DNA from: Octopus sinensis
Lineage: Eukaryota
Assembly (NCBI RefSeq): GCF_006345805.1
Contig: NC_043008.1
Span: forward strand, 5,270,001 to 5,334,000
DNA: 64,000 nucleotides
Direction of reading: 5' to 3'
Made by a program: the position numbers and the translations under genes
Shown here: one piece after another, positions 48,401 to 61,589 of the stretch
How the letters are laid out: every line of letters begins with the position of its first letter
Position numbering within the stretch: position 1 is the stretch's first letter
The notes under the pieces: generated by a model
Told to the model about the DNA's origin: nothing
What the model saw: only the letters and a program-made list of their open reading frames with translations
Databases searched by the model: none

Positions 48401-49159
48401 GCACGCAGCTGTATATGCATGCACTAGCACTATGGCCTGGCTTTGCCGAGTCATAGTGCTAGTTCCAAATTAAGAATTTGAGACTTCAGATATAAGTGTG
48501 ATATGTTGAATTATTTAAGGCAAAGCTATTATAAAATAGCACTGCCCTAATCTTTTATTGTTAAACATGTATTTTTTCTCTCAACACTACATATCAATGA
48601 GTTAACTCTCCAGCAGTCCTCAGGTGACAATTTCTTGTTAAACGTTAGTAGAGTCAGGACAGAGTTAGCATATTTGTTTCTTTTGCTCCAAATTTTCTCT
48701 AGTTTCCTCTTTTATTCTTCTAATATCTAACAGAAGATGGTACTCAAATGTTATTGATCAAGGCATTGTGATAAACGTTCAAGCAAAACTACACAAGAAT
48801 AGATTAATGGTCAATAAAAGTCAGAAATTGTTTCATGAGGATTTGTATGCATAAAATATCTGTTACCCATATGAATATTGTTAGGTAAAGTTCTTTAGGT
48901 ATATGAGATTATATTTGGCTCATAATTTTTTTAATGTTTTTAGATATTGGAATTTTTGCACTTTTAAAAATGTTAATTGAAAATATTGAATTTAAAGACA
49001 TTTAAAAAAATAACATATATATATAACATTTAAATAATGAGGGAGATAAATTGAATATTAATTTAATTAATATCAATTTAAAACCAGTAGCCTAGCATAT
49101 AGAAAATTTTTTTTAAATCAGCGAAAATTTCAATACATGTGTATATTAAGGGTGTATAT

Positions 49160-49418
49160 TAGGTGGATAGCCATATGCTAGAAGAAGATCACATAATCTA
49201 ACTACAAAGAAAGAATGTTCTCCAGAGAAAATTCAGCGAAAACTAGAACATAGGCAGGCAAGACCGATGAAAATTATACAAAAATCAAGAATTAATTGTA
49301 TAATTTTCATCTGTCTTGCCCACCTATGTTCTGGCGTTTGCTGAATTTTCTCTGGAGAACATTCTTTCTTTGTAGTTAGATTATGTGATCTTCTTCTAGC
49401 ATATGGCTATCCACCTAG
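49160..49418. repeat. ~260 bp palindrome (ATGCTAGAAGAAGATC family; relative at 7231-7362)
   Basis: Near-perfect arms, with the centre immediately after a CCGATGA motif. Confidence 0.85.
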
Positions 49419-49452
49419 TGGTGTTTTAGCCATTTACATATATATATAACAA

Positions 49453-49637
49453 TTGCAGCGTGGAAGGTGTTTATAAGCCATTTAAGAAACACACAAAAGC
49501 CGTTCGATTCACTCCAACATTTAAGTTTAATTTGTCAATTTGACAAATTAAACTTAAAACTTAAATGTTGGAGTGAATCGAACGGCTTTTGTATGTTTCT
49601 TAAATGGCTTATAAACACCTTCCACGCTGCAATTGTT
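49453..49637. repeat. ~185 bp near-perfect palindrome
   Basis: aacaattgcagcgtggaagg...ccttccacgctgcaattgtt, centred on ttgtcaatttgacaa. Confidence 0.85.
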
Positions 49638-49693
49638 TTCGTTTCAGCACACGATCTCAGATCAAATTACTTGCTATGCGAGTACATCTCCGT

Positions 49694-49727
<34 letters not shown>

Positions 49728-50320
49728 CAAAATAAGCAACAAGTATATCCAAAGTAGAGTAGTACAATTGTTTCATGCTACTTCATTTTATTAAACACTG
49801 TAAGTATTACATCAGTTTTAAAATGTTGAGCAATACTTAATGTTTAATAAAATGAAGTAGCATGAAACAATTGTACTACACTACCTTGGATATCCTTGTT
49901 GCTTATTATGATTATAATCACCCCATTTGATTTATATCGATAATACCATACCATATTCATCTGAATCTAAATATACATATTGCAGTTTGATAGTTAGATA
50001 TATAAATTAGGACTTCATCATAGTCATAGTTTAACGTCCGCTTTCCATGCTGGCATGGGTTGGACGGTTTGACAGGGCTGGTAAGCCAGTAGGCTGCACC
50101 AGGCACCAATCTGATCTGGCAAAGTTTCTTCAGCTGGATGCCCTTCCTAACTTATATCTAAATAATCATAGCAACGATAATAATGTCCATAATCGGTACA
50201 GGGCTTCAATTGGGGGGGGGGAGGATATTGATTAAGACTGACTCAAGTTTTGTTATCATACCTAGAAGGTGAAGTTGACTCTGGCAGTATTCAAAATCAG
50301 AACAGAGGCATGACTAAATA

Positions 50321-50866
50321 TTGGGTTGTCCGGAAAGTTTGTGCCGATTTATAGTACCTTACCATTCAACTTATTTTAGAACATGGTTGAGTCCATAAAA
50401 TAGGATTTGACTACACCTCCATTTAAAGTACAGTTTAAGCTATCTTTTCGTGGAAGAAGTTTATGTTCCTATAACCTGTGTTAATTCTGTAACCCTTTAA
50501 TATGGAAAATAAGAAAGTTCCTTTTTGGCACTTGATGCTTTGGGAACCAGCTCGGCTGGGATGTGTTACCCCCACCCTCCATATTCACCAGATATTTCTT
50601 TGGATTTCCACTTACCAGGTCTCTGCAGAATAGTCTTAATGGTAAAAATTTCAATTCATTGGATGACTTAAAAAGATAACTTGATGAATTCTTTGCCATG
50701 AAACCACCTCAATTCTGGGAAGAGTGTATTTTCAAGTTAAAGGAAAGATGGAGACGCATTGTGCAACAAAATGGTTCATATTTGGTTGATTAAAAATGTA
50801 ATGGCAAGTATTTATTGACCTTTTTATCTCCTTTCAAAATCGGCATGAATTTTCCGGACAACCAAA
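50321..50866 (+). mobile_element. Mariner deletion derivative, third copy in the opposite orientation
   Basis: Same TIRs and transposase C-terminal fragment, with small extra deletions. Confidence 0.9.
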
Positions 50867-52786
50867 TCCATGTTTTGTCTCTCCTAACAGAACTGGCTCC
50901 ACCAATATTGCCAATGCACAGCCCTATCAATAATAATAATAATAGTAACAAATTTTGGCCCAAACCAGCAATTTTGGGGGAAGGGGGAATTACATTGGCC
51001 CCAGTTTTCAAATAGTATTTATTTTATCAACTTTGAAAGGATGAAAGTCAGTTCTGCCAGCTCACAGCCTTAGCGTGATCATTACCAGCGTCACCTTACT
51101 GGCACTCGAGCCCCGTGCTAGTAGGGTATTAAGAGCACCATCCGAGCGTGATCGTTGCCAGAGTGGCTAACTGGCTTCCGTGCCGGTGGCACATAAAAGA
51201 CACCATTCGAGCATGATCGTTACCAATGTCGCCTTACTGGCACCTGTGCCGGTGGCATGTGTAAAAGATTCGAACGAGGTCATTGCCAGTACTGCCTGAC
51301 TGGCCCCATGCCAGTGGCATGTAAAAGGCCACCATTCAAGCGTGATCGTTACCAACATCACCTTACAGGTACCTGTGCCAGTGGCGGAGCCTGGTGCAGC
51401 CATCTGGTTCGCCAGCCCTCTGTCAAACCATCCAATCCATGCTAGCATGGAAAGCGGACGTTAAATGATGATGATGATGATATTAATAAAATAATATCTA
51501 ACTTAAGCACAGGGTTACAATTTTGATAGGAGAGGTTAGTCAAATTAAACCAAACCCAGTTCTTAACTAGTATTTTATTTTACCAATCCCAGGAGGATGA
51601 AGTGTAATGGGTGCCAGGTCATAATTTGAACTCAGAACAAAGCTCTCCAATGCTTTAATGATTCTACCAATCCACAGGCATTGTGATTTCTAATATAGGA
51701 ACAAAGCCACAAATTGACTCTTCAGTTTGTCTTAATGGCAGAATTGGTTCTACCAATATTACTGATGTACAGCTCTATCAGTAATAATAACAATAATATT
51801 ACTTTGGCACAAGGCCAGCAAGTTCAGGGAAGGGGGCTGATTTCATTGACCCCAGTGTTTAACTGGTACTCACCCTGAAAGAATGAAAGGCCAAATCAAC
51901 CACAGTGGAACTAAACTCAGAACATGAAGACACACTAAATACTTATTTCTTTACTACCCACAAGGGGCTAAATACAGAGGGGACAAACAAGGACAGACAA
52001 ACGGATTAAGTCGATTCCATCGACCCCAGTGCGTAACTGGTACTTATTTAATCGACCCCGAAAGGATGAAAGGCAAAGTCGACCTTGGCGGAATTTGAAC
52101 TCAGAACGTAACCGCAGACAAAATACCTATTTCTTTACTGCCCACAAGGGGCTAAACACAGAGAGGACAAACAAGGACAGACAAACGGATTAAGTCGATT
52201 ATACCAACCCCAGTGCGAAACTGGTACTTATTTAATTGACCCCGAAAGGATGAAAGGCAAAGTCGACCTCAGAATGTAACGGCAGGCGAAATACTGCTAA
52301 GCCTTTTGCCCAGCATGCTAACAATTCCGCCAGTTTATCAATAATGATAATATTGGTTTCTAAACTGAATTATATGAGCCTCAGTACATGGCTGGTACTT
52401 TATTCTATTGATCCCCAGAAGGTTAAAAAAATAAAAAGCAGAAAAATTAATATTTATAAAACTGATTTCTAACATAGGCACATAGCCCGTAATTAGGGTC
52501 AGAAAATGTAGTCAATTAAAACCAGCCCCAGTACTTGAGTGGTATTTATTATTTTATCAAGCTGAGGAGAAAGAAACAAAGATGGCCTTGATGGGATTTG
52601 AACTTAGAGCATAAAGAACCAGAAAATCAATAACAACATTGATAGTTTCTTACCATAGCTCTGATTACATGGATTTACAGGGGAAGAGGAAACAGGAATT
52701 TGTGTATTTCATGTATTTCCCAAGGATACTTACAACGTCAGTAACATGGCTCCAAGTTGGAATCAAAACTAGATTTGTCAAGAACT

Positions 52787-53388
52787 TATAGATGTTTTCG
52801 ATCTAGTTTGGATTCTTTGCCATCAAATTTGAATTCTTTGCAACCAAATTTGAATTCTTTGCCACCAAATTTGAATTCTTTGCAATCAAATTTGAATTTT
52901 TCAATTGGTGCTCAAGCCTTGAAAAAAAAAAGAGTTAAACTACATCAGCCGTAAGGGAATACATGTCTATCTTATCTAACTCGTCCAGTAGAGCCCACCA
53001 ATTGATATCTGAAAAGTTCGATGAAATAACTCATGAACACTGCCATAGCTTCTACCAAAAGATGTTCTTTTACGACGACCAGTCGGAACGAGGGGAGATA
53101 ATAGGAAAAGAATCATTCGTATATTATCTCCCCTTGTTCAGACTGGTCGACGACGTAAATATGTTGAAGCATCTTTTGGTAGAAGCTATGGCAGTGTTCA
53201 TGAGTTATTTCATCAAACTTTTCAGATATCAATTGGTGGGCTCTACTGGACGAGTTAGATAAGATAGACATGTATTCCCTTACGGGTGATGTAGTTTAAC
53301 TCTTTATTTTTTTTTTCAAGGCTTGAGCAACAATTGAAAAATTCAAATTTGATTGCAAAGAATCCAAACTAGATCAAAAACATCTATA
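52787..53388. repeat. ~600 bp near-perfect palindrome downstream of the PAM stop codon
   Basis: Arms 52787-53105 and 53130-53388 with a ~24 nt loop; the left arm has extra copies of a 21 bp unit (aattctttgcaaccaaatttg). Confidence 0.92.
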
Positions 53389-53837
53389 TTTGTTACATTA
53401 TGGCACACAGTAATAGTAATTTCTTACATGGACAAAGGTTACATGTTTGAGGGAATATAACAGTCAATTATATCAATCCCTGTCTTTGACTGAATAATAA
53501 TAATAATAATAATAACGGTTTCAAATTTTGCCATAAGGGCAGCACTTTTGGGGGAGGGATGAGTTGATTACATTGGTCCCAGTGTTCAACAGGGACTTAT
53601 TTTATTGACTCCAATAATGATAATAATAATAATAAATGTTGATACTAATAATAATAATAAATGTTGATACTACTACTAATAATAATAGTAATAATAAATG
53701 TTTACTAATAATAATAGTAATAAAAAATGTTGATAAAATAATGATTCTTTAAAGAGGAATGAGAATAAATAGTAAAATTTGCTCAACTTTTAAAAATATT
53801 GTTTTTCAAATGTCCACAGTTCTCAGTACATATGTTT

Positions 53838-53843
53838 TTTATT
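53838..53843 (-). terminator. Candidate proximal polyadenylation signal (AATAAA) of PAM
   Basis: AATAAA on the minus strand ~45 nt after the stop. Further AATAAA hexamers occur at 53601-53606 and beyond, so the site actually used is unknown. Confidence 0.35.
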
Positions 53844-53888
53844 AATTGCTTTTTTTTTTAAATATTTACTTAGTGTCCATAGCGTCAA

Positions 53889-54076
53889 TCAAGTCTTCCT
53901 TGTAATTCTGTAGTCGTCTTCATCATCTGAATTATTCAATGGGTCAATCTCATGGTCACTGTCCTCAGTATTTAAAGGGTTGAAGCCTTTGTGTCGGTCA
54001 ATCAGAAGGTTACCAAAAAAAGACCTGTGTTGATGACCAGCCATGCTTCGCCTGTAGTCGCAACATTTTAACTTGC
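53889..54076 (-). CDS. PAM: PAM/PAL last coding exon, cytosolic tail (KLKCCDYRRSMAGHQHRSFFGNLLIDRHKGFNPLNTEDSDHEIDPLNNSDDEDDYRITRKT*)
   Basis: Strong polypyrimidine acceptor ttttgtag|GC (phase 1). KGFNPLNTEDSDHE resembles the human PAM tail RKGFDRLSTEGSDQE. TGA stop at 53891-53889. Confidence 0.85.
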
Positions 54077-54154
54077 CTACAAAAGAGAGAAAAAGAAAAA
54101 ACATTGTCATTGACCAGTCGTTTATATTTCAGATAAGCATAACTTAAAATATCA

Positions 54155-54560
54155 TCATTATTGTTTGACCATGGTCGAGTCAATGGAATTTATTATATTA
54201 CGCCAGACTTCACGGTCCATCATAGCACTACGGAGGTCCTGTTGCTGGATGCCTGTATCCCTTGAGACGACATCAGAGTAGGAGAGTGTGCACCCTCTGG
54301 TATCGCGAGCAGATAGCTTCCAGAGGAGAAGAGTAGAAATTACCTCGTTTTCAGCTCTACAACAATGTCCAGCAAACTGGACTCTTCTACCTTTCACAAG
54401 AGATGATACAGGTGGTAATTTCCCATATATTTGTACTTTGGTTGGATGACGCTTCCATGAGAGATTTTGAGCTCTCATAAGGAGGTGAGTGTAAGTTCCA
54501 TCCAACCGCCTCTCAAGCTTCTTTGATAACGTCCACGTTTCTGAGCCATATAGTAGAATT
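54155..54560 (-). mobile_element. RTE LINE 3' fragment near the acceptor of the last PAM exon
   Basis: Same family, with an (ATG)n-like tail at 54150-54160. Confidence 0.85.
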
Positions 54561-55934
54561 TACAATCTCTTGAACAAGCATAACACAAGCAGGCCAGGGT
54601 TGAGGAAACACCCATGACTGTTGAGTGTTACATAATGGATATTACAAATATTGCAATCTTACAGCTAGAAAAATCAACCTCCCCCCCCCCCACTACGTAT
54701 ATATTTTCAAAGACCTATTGGGGCAAGTGAAATCAAAATTGAACCAAATCCTATGACTGGCACCCAGCCGTTGCAGTGCTGCTGGACTGACTCCTGTGCA
54801 GGTAGCAAGTAAAGAAACACCGTTTCGACCCTGTGCTTGAGGAGACCTATTGAGTCAAGTACATCAACATCAAAAATCAATGGAAATTGTAGTTGTGATC
54901 CCTGTGCCTGTGGCATGTAAAAAGCACCATTTGAATGTGGCCAATGCCAGTGCCGCTTTGACTGGCTTCCGTGACGGTGGCACGTAAAAAGCACCAAGTG
55001 ATCGTGGCCTTTTGCAGCCTCCCCTGGCACCTGTGCCGGTGGCATGTAAAAAGCACCATCTGTATGTGGCCGATGCCAGCGCAGCCTTGGCTGGCTTCCG
55101 TGCTGGTGGCACGTAAAAAGCACCAACTGATCGTGGAATTTTGCAGCCTCCCCTGGCACCTGTGCCGGTGGCATGTAAAAAGCACCCACTACACTCACGG
55201 AGTGGTTGGTGTTAGGAAGGGTATCCAGCTGTAGAAACACTGCCAGATCAGACTGGAGCCTGGCAGCCTCCTGGCTTCCCAGACCCCGGTCGAACTGTCC
55301 AACCCATGCTAGCACGGAAAACGGACATTAAATGATGATGATGATGATTCAACTTGTCTCATCTTACTCTCTGCATCCCATACTGCGTTGCTGCAGCCAT
55401 CTTCCCTTTCATTGAACTACAAAGTTTTCTTTGGCAGAGTCTGCCAGGTCCAGCCTACACATACACAAATAGGGGTAAGGCAAGCCCCGATATTCTAATT
55501 AACCCACAAGTGTGTCCTTGAGTGGTGCTATTACTCCAGGTCAGAATAGACCTGGGATCAATAGTGGCTAAGAAAGGGTTCCACACTCCTCAATACCCTG
55601 GTACTCCTAAACAAGGACCCCACTTCTGGATGCAGTTTCCTGTCATACCCTGAACATGCATGGACACATACACACTCAAACATAAATACATGCCTACATT
55701 CATACATGTGTGGGATGGGGATAAGAGAAAGAAATCAACTAGCTGACACACACACTCCAAATACAATCTATAAGCAAGACTAAAAATATACAAGATTTTT
55801 CTCAAGTCCATAATATGAATTTGTTTCTTGTTATCATCATTTAACATCCATTATCCATGCTGACATGGGTTGACCAGAGCTGGCAAACTGCACCAGACTC
55901 CATATACATAAATATATATATATATATATATATA

Positions 55935-56425
55935 CTAGCAGTATTGCCCGGCTTTACAAAATGGTCACATTTAATTCAAAGCGTTAAGAATGTTATGAAA
56001 ACAATTGGTATGTGTTCACAAAGTCCAAATGATTAATACCAAAAAACCCTCCAGGCTACATCCCGAAAATTCATTTCTTTGCCAAATTTCTACAATGTTT
56101 ATGGCGATTCGTTTTTATATCTTGATTTTTTAAATTTTTCATGCAATTTACGCACGCTTGCACGCGTGGTGAACACAGTTCACGTCAAACAGCTGACTGA
56201 GTAAAGTTCACTATTCAATGCATGGGATAAGGCCTAAACAAACACATTATCGATTTTTGCACTTGCGAGATGAATTTCGGAACAGAAATAGTGCAGTTCA
56301 ATTTTCATTCGCCTAAACTTTAAGTGACCCAATTTTGGTGGTTCTACGATTTGTTGGCTAGGAGGAGATGTGCCGGGAAGTTAAACACACAGACACACAC
56401 ACAAGTTGAGTTTTATATATATAGA
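55935..56425 (-). mobile_element. Non-autonomous Helitron in the last PAM intron
   Basis: A|TCTATATATATAAAAC 5' end at 56425; 3' end ...ccgggcaatactgCTAG|T at 55938-55935. Confidence 0.75.
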
Positions 56426-57033
56426 TATATGCAGTTTGTTCAAACTATTCAGCATTATCGGCCTCACAGTAGTTCCTTGCCTGATGAACAACACTGCAGT
56501 AGTGACTTGGTGATCGTCCACTGTAGTAGTGGCAGTTCTCTCTCAGCTGTTATCCACATCCAAAACAATATCAAGGTAATTCTTTCAATAATTTTTTTAA
56601 AAAAAGAGAAAAGAAAACAAGAAAAAACTTGAAAAATCTAAAATCAATTGTTTTAAATGTTTTTGTTTGCTTAGAGTTGATCTACGATCAAAAACACTCC
56701 AACCATGACCAGCCCGTCTATCACTCAGTCATAATGTATTAAGAAATACATTGTGTTGGTTTTCAGAAACTTTTTCTTTATGATACATTGGACAGCGAAA
56801 TATATAATTACTGGTACTGCAACATTTCTCATTTAAAGTGAAACGTTATCAAAATAATCTGTTGTACATCCCTTTTAGATCCATGTCTCTGAGGTATATT
56901 TAGTTTTTCTGAAGACCAGTGACAGGTGATGTAAGCAAGCCTTGGCTGCTATTCACAGCAGATTGAGCATCTTTATAATGAATGCAGCTATATAGTGAAG
57001 GATGAAATTATATTCAAATATCACATTTTTTAA

Positions 57034-57253
57034 CCCTTTTGTTACCAACCCGGCAGGAACCAGCTCTGGCTCTGAGTACAAATGTCTTGTTTTCACAAGT
57101 TTTGAATTAAAATCTTCCACCAAACCTTAGTCACAATTTATGTTGCTAATACTAGCTTAATGATAACTAAGTTATTTTACTAAATTCTTTGTTATATTTA
57201 AAGTAATTGAAAGAAACACAGAGCATCTCAAAATAAATACAGTAACGAAAGGG
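57034..57253. mobile_element. piggyBac-type MITE, second copy
   Basis: Same TIRs and TTAA TSDs as 15550-15767. Confidence 0.88.
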
Positions 57254-59714
57254 TTAAAAATAGGTATAGTTTTTTTCTTTGGTAGCCTTGTGGGTAAAGG
57301 TGCTTTATAAGCAGAGGCATATGTTGAGGTGAAGGGTTTCAATCTCTGCCAAGTATTATAAAAGAGTTTTATTAAATATTTACATGTTTTCTATCTAGTT
57401 AGATAGGAGGGGAAAAAGAAGGGGGGGTAATTTTTACTTGGATTTAATGGTTCAGTGAAAGAGACTGATAAAATAAGGACCAGCCTTGAAAAAATTAATT
57501 CCAGGGATCGATTCATTTAACTAAAACCTTCAAGAAGGTGCCCCAGGTCAGCCCCACTCAAACAACTGCAAAAAACAAAAAAAAAAAACCCTTCAGTGCA
57601 TGCCAGGGACAAGATTGAACTCTGTATCAGGATGCTTCTATATTGCTTGCTATTGTCTCTACCCACAAGACCATTGAGACAACAGCAATGGCTGGTTTGA
57701 AAATGATGTATTTAAACCTATCAGACTAATGTAATCAATAACCAATCATTAGAATAGATTTAAATATCTCATATTTTGTATAAGTAGTATTACTGGCCTA
57801 GTGGATAAGGGTGTCTGGTGACAGACAAGACAATGGGGTAGATGGAGGTTTCAGTCTCAGGTAGGGATTAGTGATATGATCTTATTTAGTTTTATTAGAG
57901 ATGTGTTAAAGGATGGGGGGGGGGGCACAGTCAGTATAGGCTATGGGCCAAGATTGATCCTTTGTCCAAGGGGTATATGTGTTGCTTTGTTTGTATGTCT
58001 TTACCCACAGGACCATTGAGGTAATAGCTAGTTTGAAAATGATATATTTAAAATTTATATAGCTATTTGATGTGGTGGTGTTCATGGTTTTCTGTGACTT
58101 TAGTAATATTTGAGGGGAGAATATGAAATGCTCCAGAACACAACATGCTACCTGATTCAGGAATTGATCTCACAGCCTTAATGATTATAAGCTGAACACC
58201 CTAACCACAAGGCTGTGCACTTTCATGGCAAAGTCAGTAGTATGATGGGTTGATTTCCATTTATATCCTGGGTTCAAGTCCAGCTTAGCTTTTCATTCTT
58301 CTGGGGTCAATAAAATAAAGTATGGGCCGTGACTGCTGAGGACATCCATAAGCTCGCAAGGAATGAATCCAGTATAATCCGATGGATGTTTAATGTCAGC
58401 GTGCATACTCGACAGAGTGTAAGTACCTTGAGAAAAGTTGGACCTAAGAAGCATCAGATTTGGTGTGCAAGAGAGACGACTGTGCTAGTATGGTCATGTG
58501 GCAAGAATGGATGAGGATAGCTGTGTGAAAAAGTGCCGCACCCTAGCGGTTGAGGGAACTTGTGGAAGAGGTAGACCCAAGAAGACCTGGAATGAAGTGG
58601 TGAAGCACGACCTTCAAACATTGGGCCTCACCAAGGAAATGACTAGTGACTGAGACTTTTGGAAATATGCTGTGCTTGAGAAGACCCGGCAAGCCAACTG
58701 AGACCATAACCTGTGGCCTATGCCAGGGGTGTAACCAGCCCACTTATGCGTACCCTTCCTTCATTGGACACTAAACTCTGCTTGTGAAGACTTGTTGAGG
58801 CAAGTGAAATCAAATTCGATGACTGCCATCCGTGCTAGTGGAGTGCGAAGAGCATCATCCAATGAGAGGATACATGACTGGAACTCTGAGTGCACAGTTA
58901 ATATACTTTATGTACAGAGCAATAAATATTCAAACTAGAAAAAAAAATTAGAAACCCCAGTCCTTCCAAAGTGCCTTGGATTGCAGGACAGCCCACTGTA
59001 CTTACCTTGGATCATAGGGCAACCTGCTGTGCTTGAAGAGACCTATTGAGTCAAGTACATCAACATCAAAAACTCAAATGGAAATTGTAGATGTAATACC
59101 TGTGCCGGTGGCACGTAAAAGGCACCATCCGAACGTGACTGATGCCAGTGCCACCTTGACTGGCTTCTGTACCAGTGGCACATGACCTGCTGTGCTTGAG
59201 GAGACCTATTGAGTCAAGTACATAAATATCAAATGGAAATTGTAGTTGTGATACCTGTGCCGGTGGCATGTAAAATGCACCATCCATACGTGGCCGATGC
59301 TAGCGCCACCTTGACTGGCTTCTGTGCTAGTGGCACGTAAAAAGCACCAACCGATTGTGGCCGTTGCCAGCCTCCCCTGGCACATAAGGAGCACCCACTA
59401 CACTCACGGAGTGGTTGGCATTAGGAAGGGCATCCAGCTGTAGAAACACTGCCAGATTAGACTGAAGCCTGGTGCAGCCTCCTGGCATCCCAGACCCCGG
59501 TCGAACCGTCCAACCCATGCTAGCATGGAAAAACGGACGTTAAACGAGGATGATGATGATGATGGAGTAAAAATATTAGTCAGTGCCAAATGTAGGAGAC
59601 AACTGAAAATGTGCTTGTACCTTTTCCTGATTTTGTTAGAAAATAAAATTCCACTAACTTGCTTAGTGAATAGTAAAGAAATAGCGAAGTAAATATACAG
59701 AAATGCTTAATTAA

Positions 59715-59935
59715 CCCTTTCGTTACTAACCCGGCTGAAACTGGCTCTGGCTCTGAGGTACAAATGTTTTGTTTTCATAAGTTTTGAATTAAAATCTTCC
59801 ACCAAACCTTAGTCACAATTTATGTTGCTAATACTAGCTTAATGATAACTAAGTTATTTTACTAAATTCTTTGTTATATTTAAAGTAATTGGAAGAAACA
59901 CAGAGCATCTCAAAACAAATACAGTAACAAAAGGG
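59715..59935. mobile_element. piggyBac-type MITE, third copy
   Basis: Same family; left TTAA intact, right TSD degenerate. Confidence 0.85.
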
Positions 59936-60162
59936 TATGGAGTAGAATAAAACACTAGTTTAGAAATGAATCATTTCATAGAGATGAAATACAAGTGAGT
60001 CTTTAGATGGTTACTTGACCTGCAAGAAATAGCAAACGGTTTGGAGGCTTTTGATCATAGGTGTGCTCTATCAGGGATTGATTTGGGACAAAACAAAAAA
60101 CAAGATTATTCTTTATAGAAGAGATAATTTCACGAGGGTCTAACAAAGATGTAAAGTCTCAC

Positions 60163-60351
60163 CTGCATGATAGTAACGCACGAAAACAGTTATGAGTACG
60201 ATGAAAAACATAGGGGCAACTAAGAGGCTACCAACGATGACCGAAGCCTTGAAATTTGAATCGGAGGTACTTTCCAGCCCGTTGTCAAGCAGTGGAACAT
60301 TTTCAGCAGTCACCATAGGCTGAGGGATTTCATTCTTTTTAGACAAATATT
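60163..60351 (-). CDS. PAM: PAM/PAL exon with juxtamembrane stalk and transmembrane helix (ASVIVGSLLVAPMFFIVLITVFVRYYHAG)
   Basis: Acceptor tttgtag|AA and donor GCAG|GTGAGA. The 189 nt exon is phase 1 to phase 1, consistent with both neighbours, and encodes a ~22 aa hydrophobic run. Confidence 0.85.
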
Positions 60352-61246
60352 CTACAAATAAAGTTTTCAAAAATAAAATAAACATTTATAGAAACGTTTA
60401 TCCATGCATGTATATGCATGGTATACACACATGCACACAAACATACATTTATTCATTTGTTCCAACCAGACAGAAGGTAAGTGTTATCTGTATATATATA
60501 AGGCAGGGTGTGTGTGTGTATGTGTGTAAGGATGCAAGTTGCTGCCTGATTGACCCTCATGCCAGTGGCATGTGACAAGCACCCACTACACTCTTGGAGT
60601 GGTTGGCATTAGGAAGGGCATCCAGCTGTAGAAACTTTGCCAGATCAGACTGGAGCCTAGTGCGGCCTCTTGGCTTGCCAGTCCTCAGTCAAACCGTCCA
60701 ACCCATGCCAGCATGGAAAGCAGACATTAAAATGTGATGATATTCTGTTGTGTCTGGGGAGAGTCATTTTCTTTTTGTGCCTTATTATGTAACACACTCA
60801 CTGGTAAAATTTCCACTTTTTTCTTATTTTTATTGTCCTAAACATTTTCGTTGCATCTTGCAACCTTTTCAATAGTTTTGACTCTGTCCGTTATTTACAC
60901 CGAGTTCCCTTTTGTTTGTGTGTGTGTGCCCATGCATGCATGTACGTATGTATGTATGTGTGTGTTTGCATGTGTATGTATGTATATATGTGTGTGTATG
61001 CATATGTATGTATGTGTGTGCACCTGTATGTACGTATCCTGCACATTTATGTGCTTGCATGTCCGTGTTTGTGTATTTTCTATGTATATGTGTATGAGCA
61101 TGTGTTTGTATATGTATGCACGTCTGTCTCCTTGTGTGTGCATGTCTGTGTGTGTGTGTGTGTGTGTCATGCAACTATGTACCATGCTTGTACGTATGGA
61201 TGTGCATCTTTATATGTGTTGATGATGATGATGAAAATGTTCATAC

Positions 61247-61361
61247 CAGAAATATTGGGAGTTGTCATCTGTAGCTTCCAGACTGTTTTCGCCAATAAGT
61301 CGCCTACATATACAGCATGGTTCTTATTATCAACACTGATATCGTGAGGAAAGCCTAGACC
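61247..61361 (-). CDS. PAM: PAM/PAL exon, last NHL beta-propeller repeat of the lyase domain (GLGFPHDISVDNKNHAVYVGDLLAKTVWKLQMTTPNIS)
   Basis: Resembles the PAL motif PHDI...VYIGD....VWKF. Acceptor ttttgcag|GGT (phase 0), donor TCTG|GTATGA (phase 1). Confidence 0.85.
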
Positions 61362-61589
61362 CTGCAAAAAACAAGAGGATAAATGAAACATAAAAACATT
61401 TCGATTGCATTGTCATTTATGTGAATTACCAAACTAATTAACTGTCTCTAATTAAAGAAATGCAACATTAATTGCTTGTTCTGCTGATGTAGGTATCTTT
61501 TCAGTTTGAGTAGAGAAATTTTAGAGCTTTATCACAGCAAGCATAACAGTTCTAGAGACTCATGTGATTTTCATTGGAGTCCTGATATA

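Noticed and set aside
60851-61347. Overlapping ORFs rich in CV/HT/YI
   Set aside because: They are translations of (TG)n/(TA)n microsatellite; the same applies to ORFs at 21874-22107, 32204-32647 and 927-1313.
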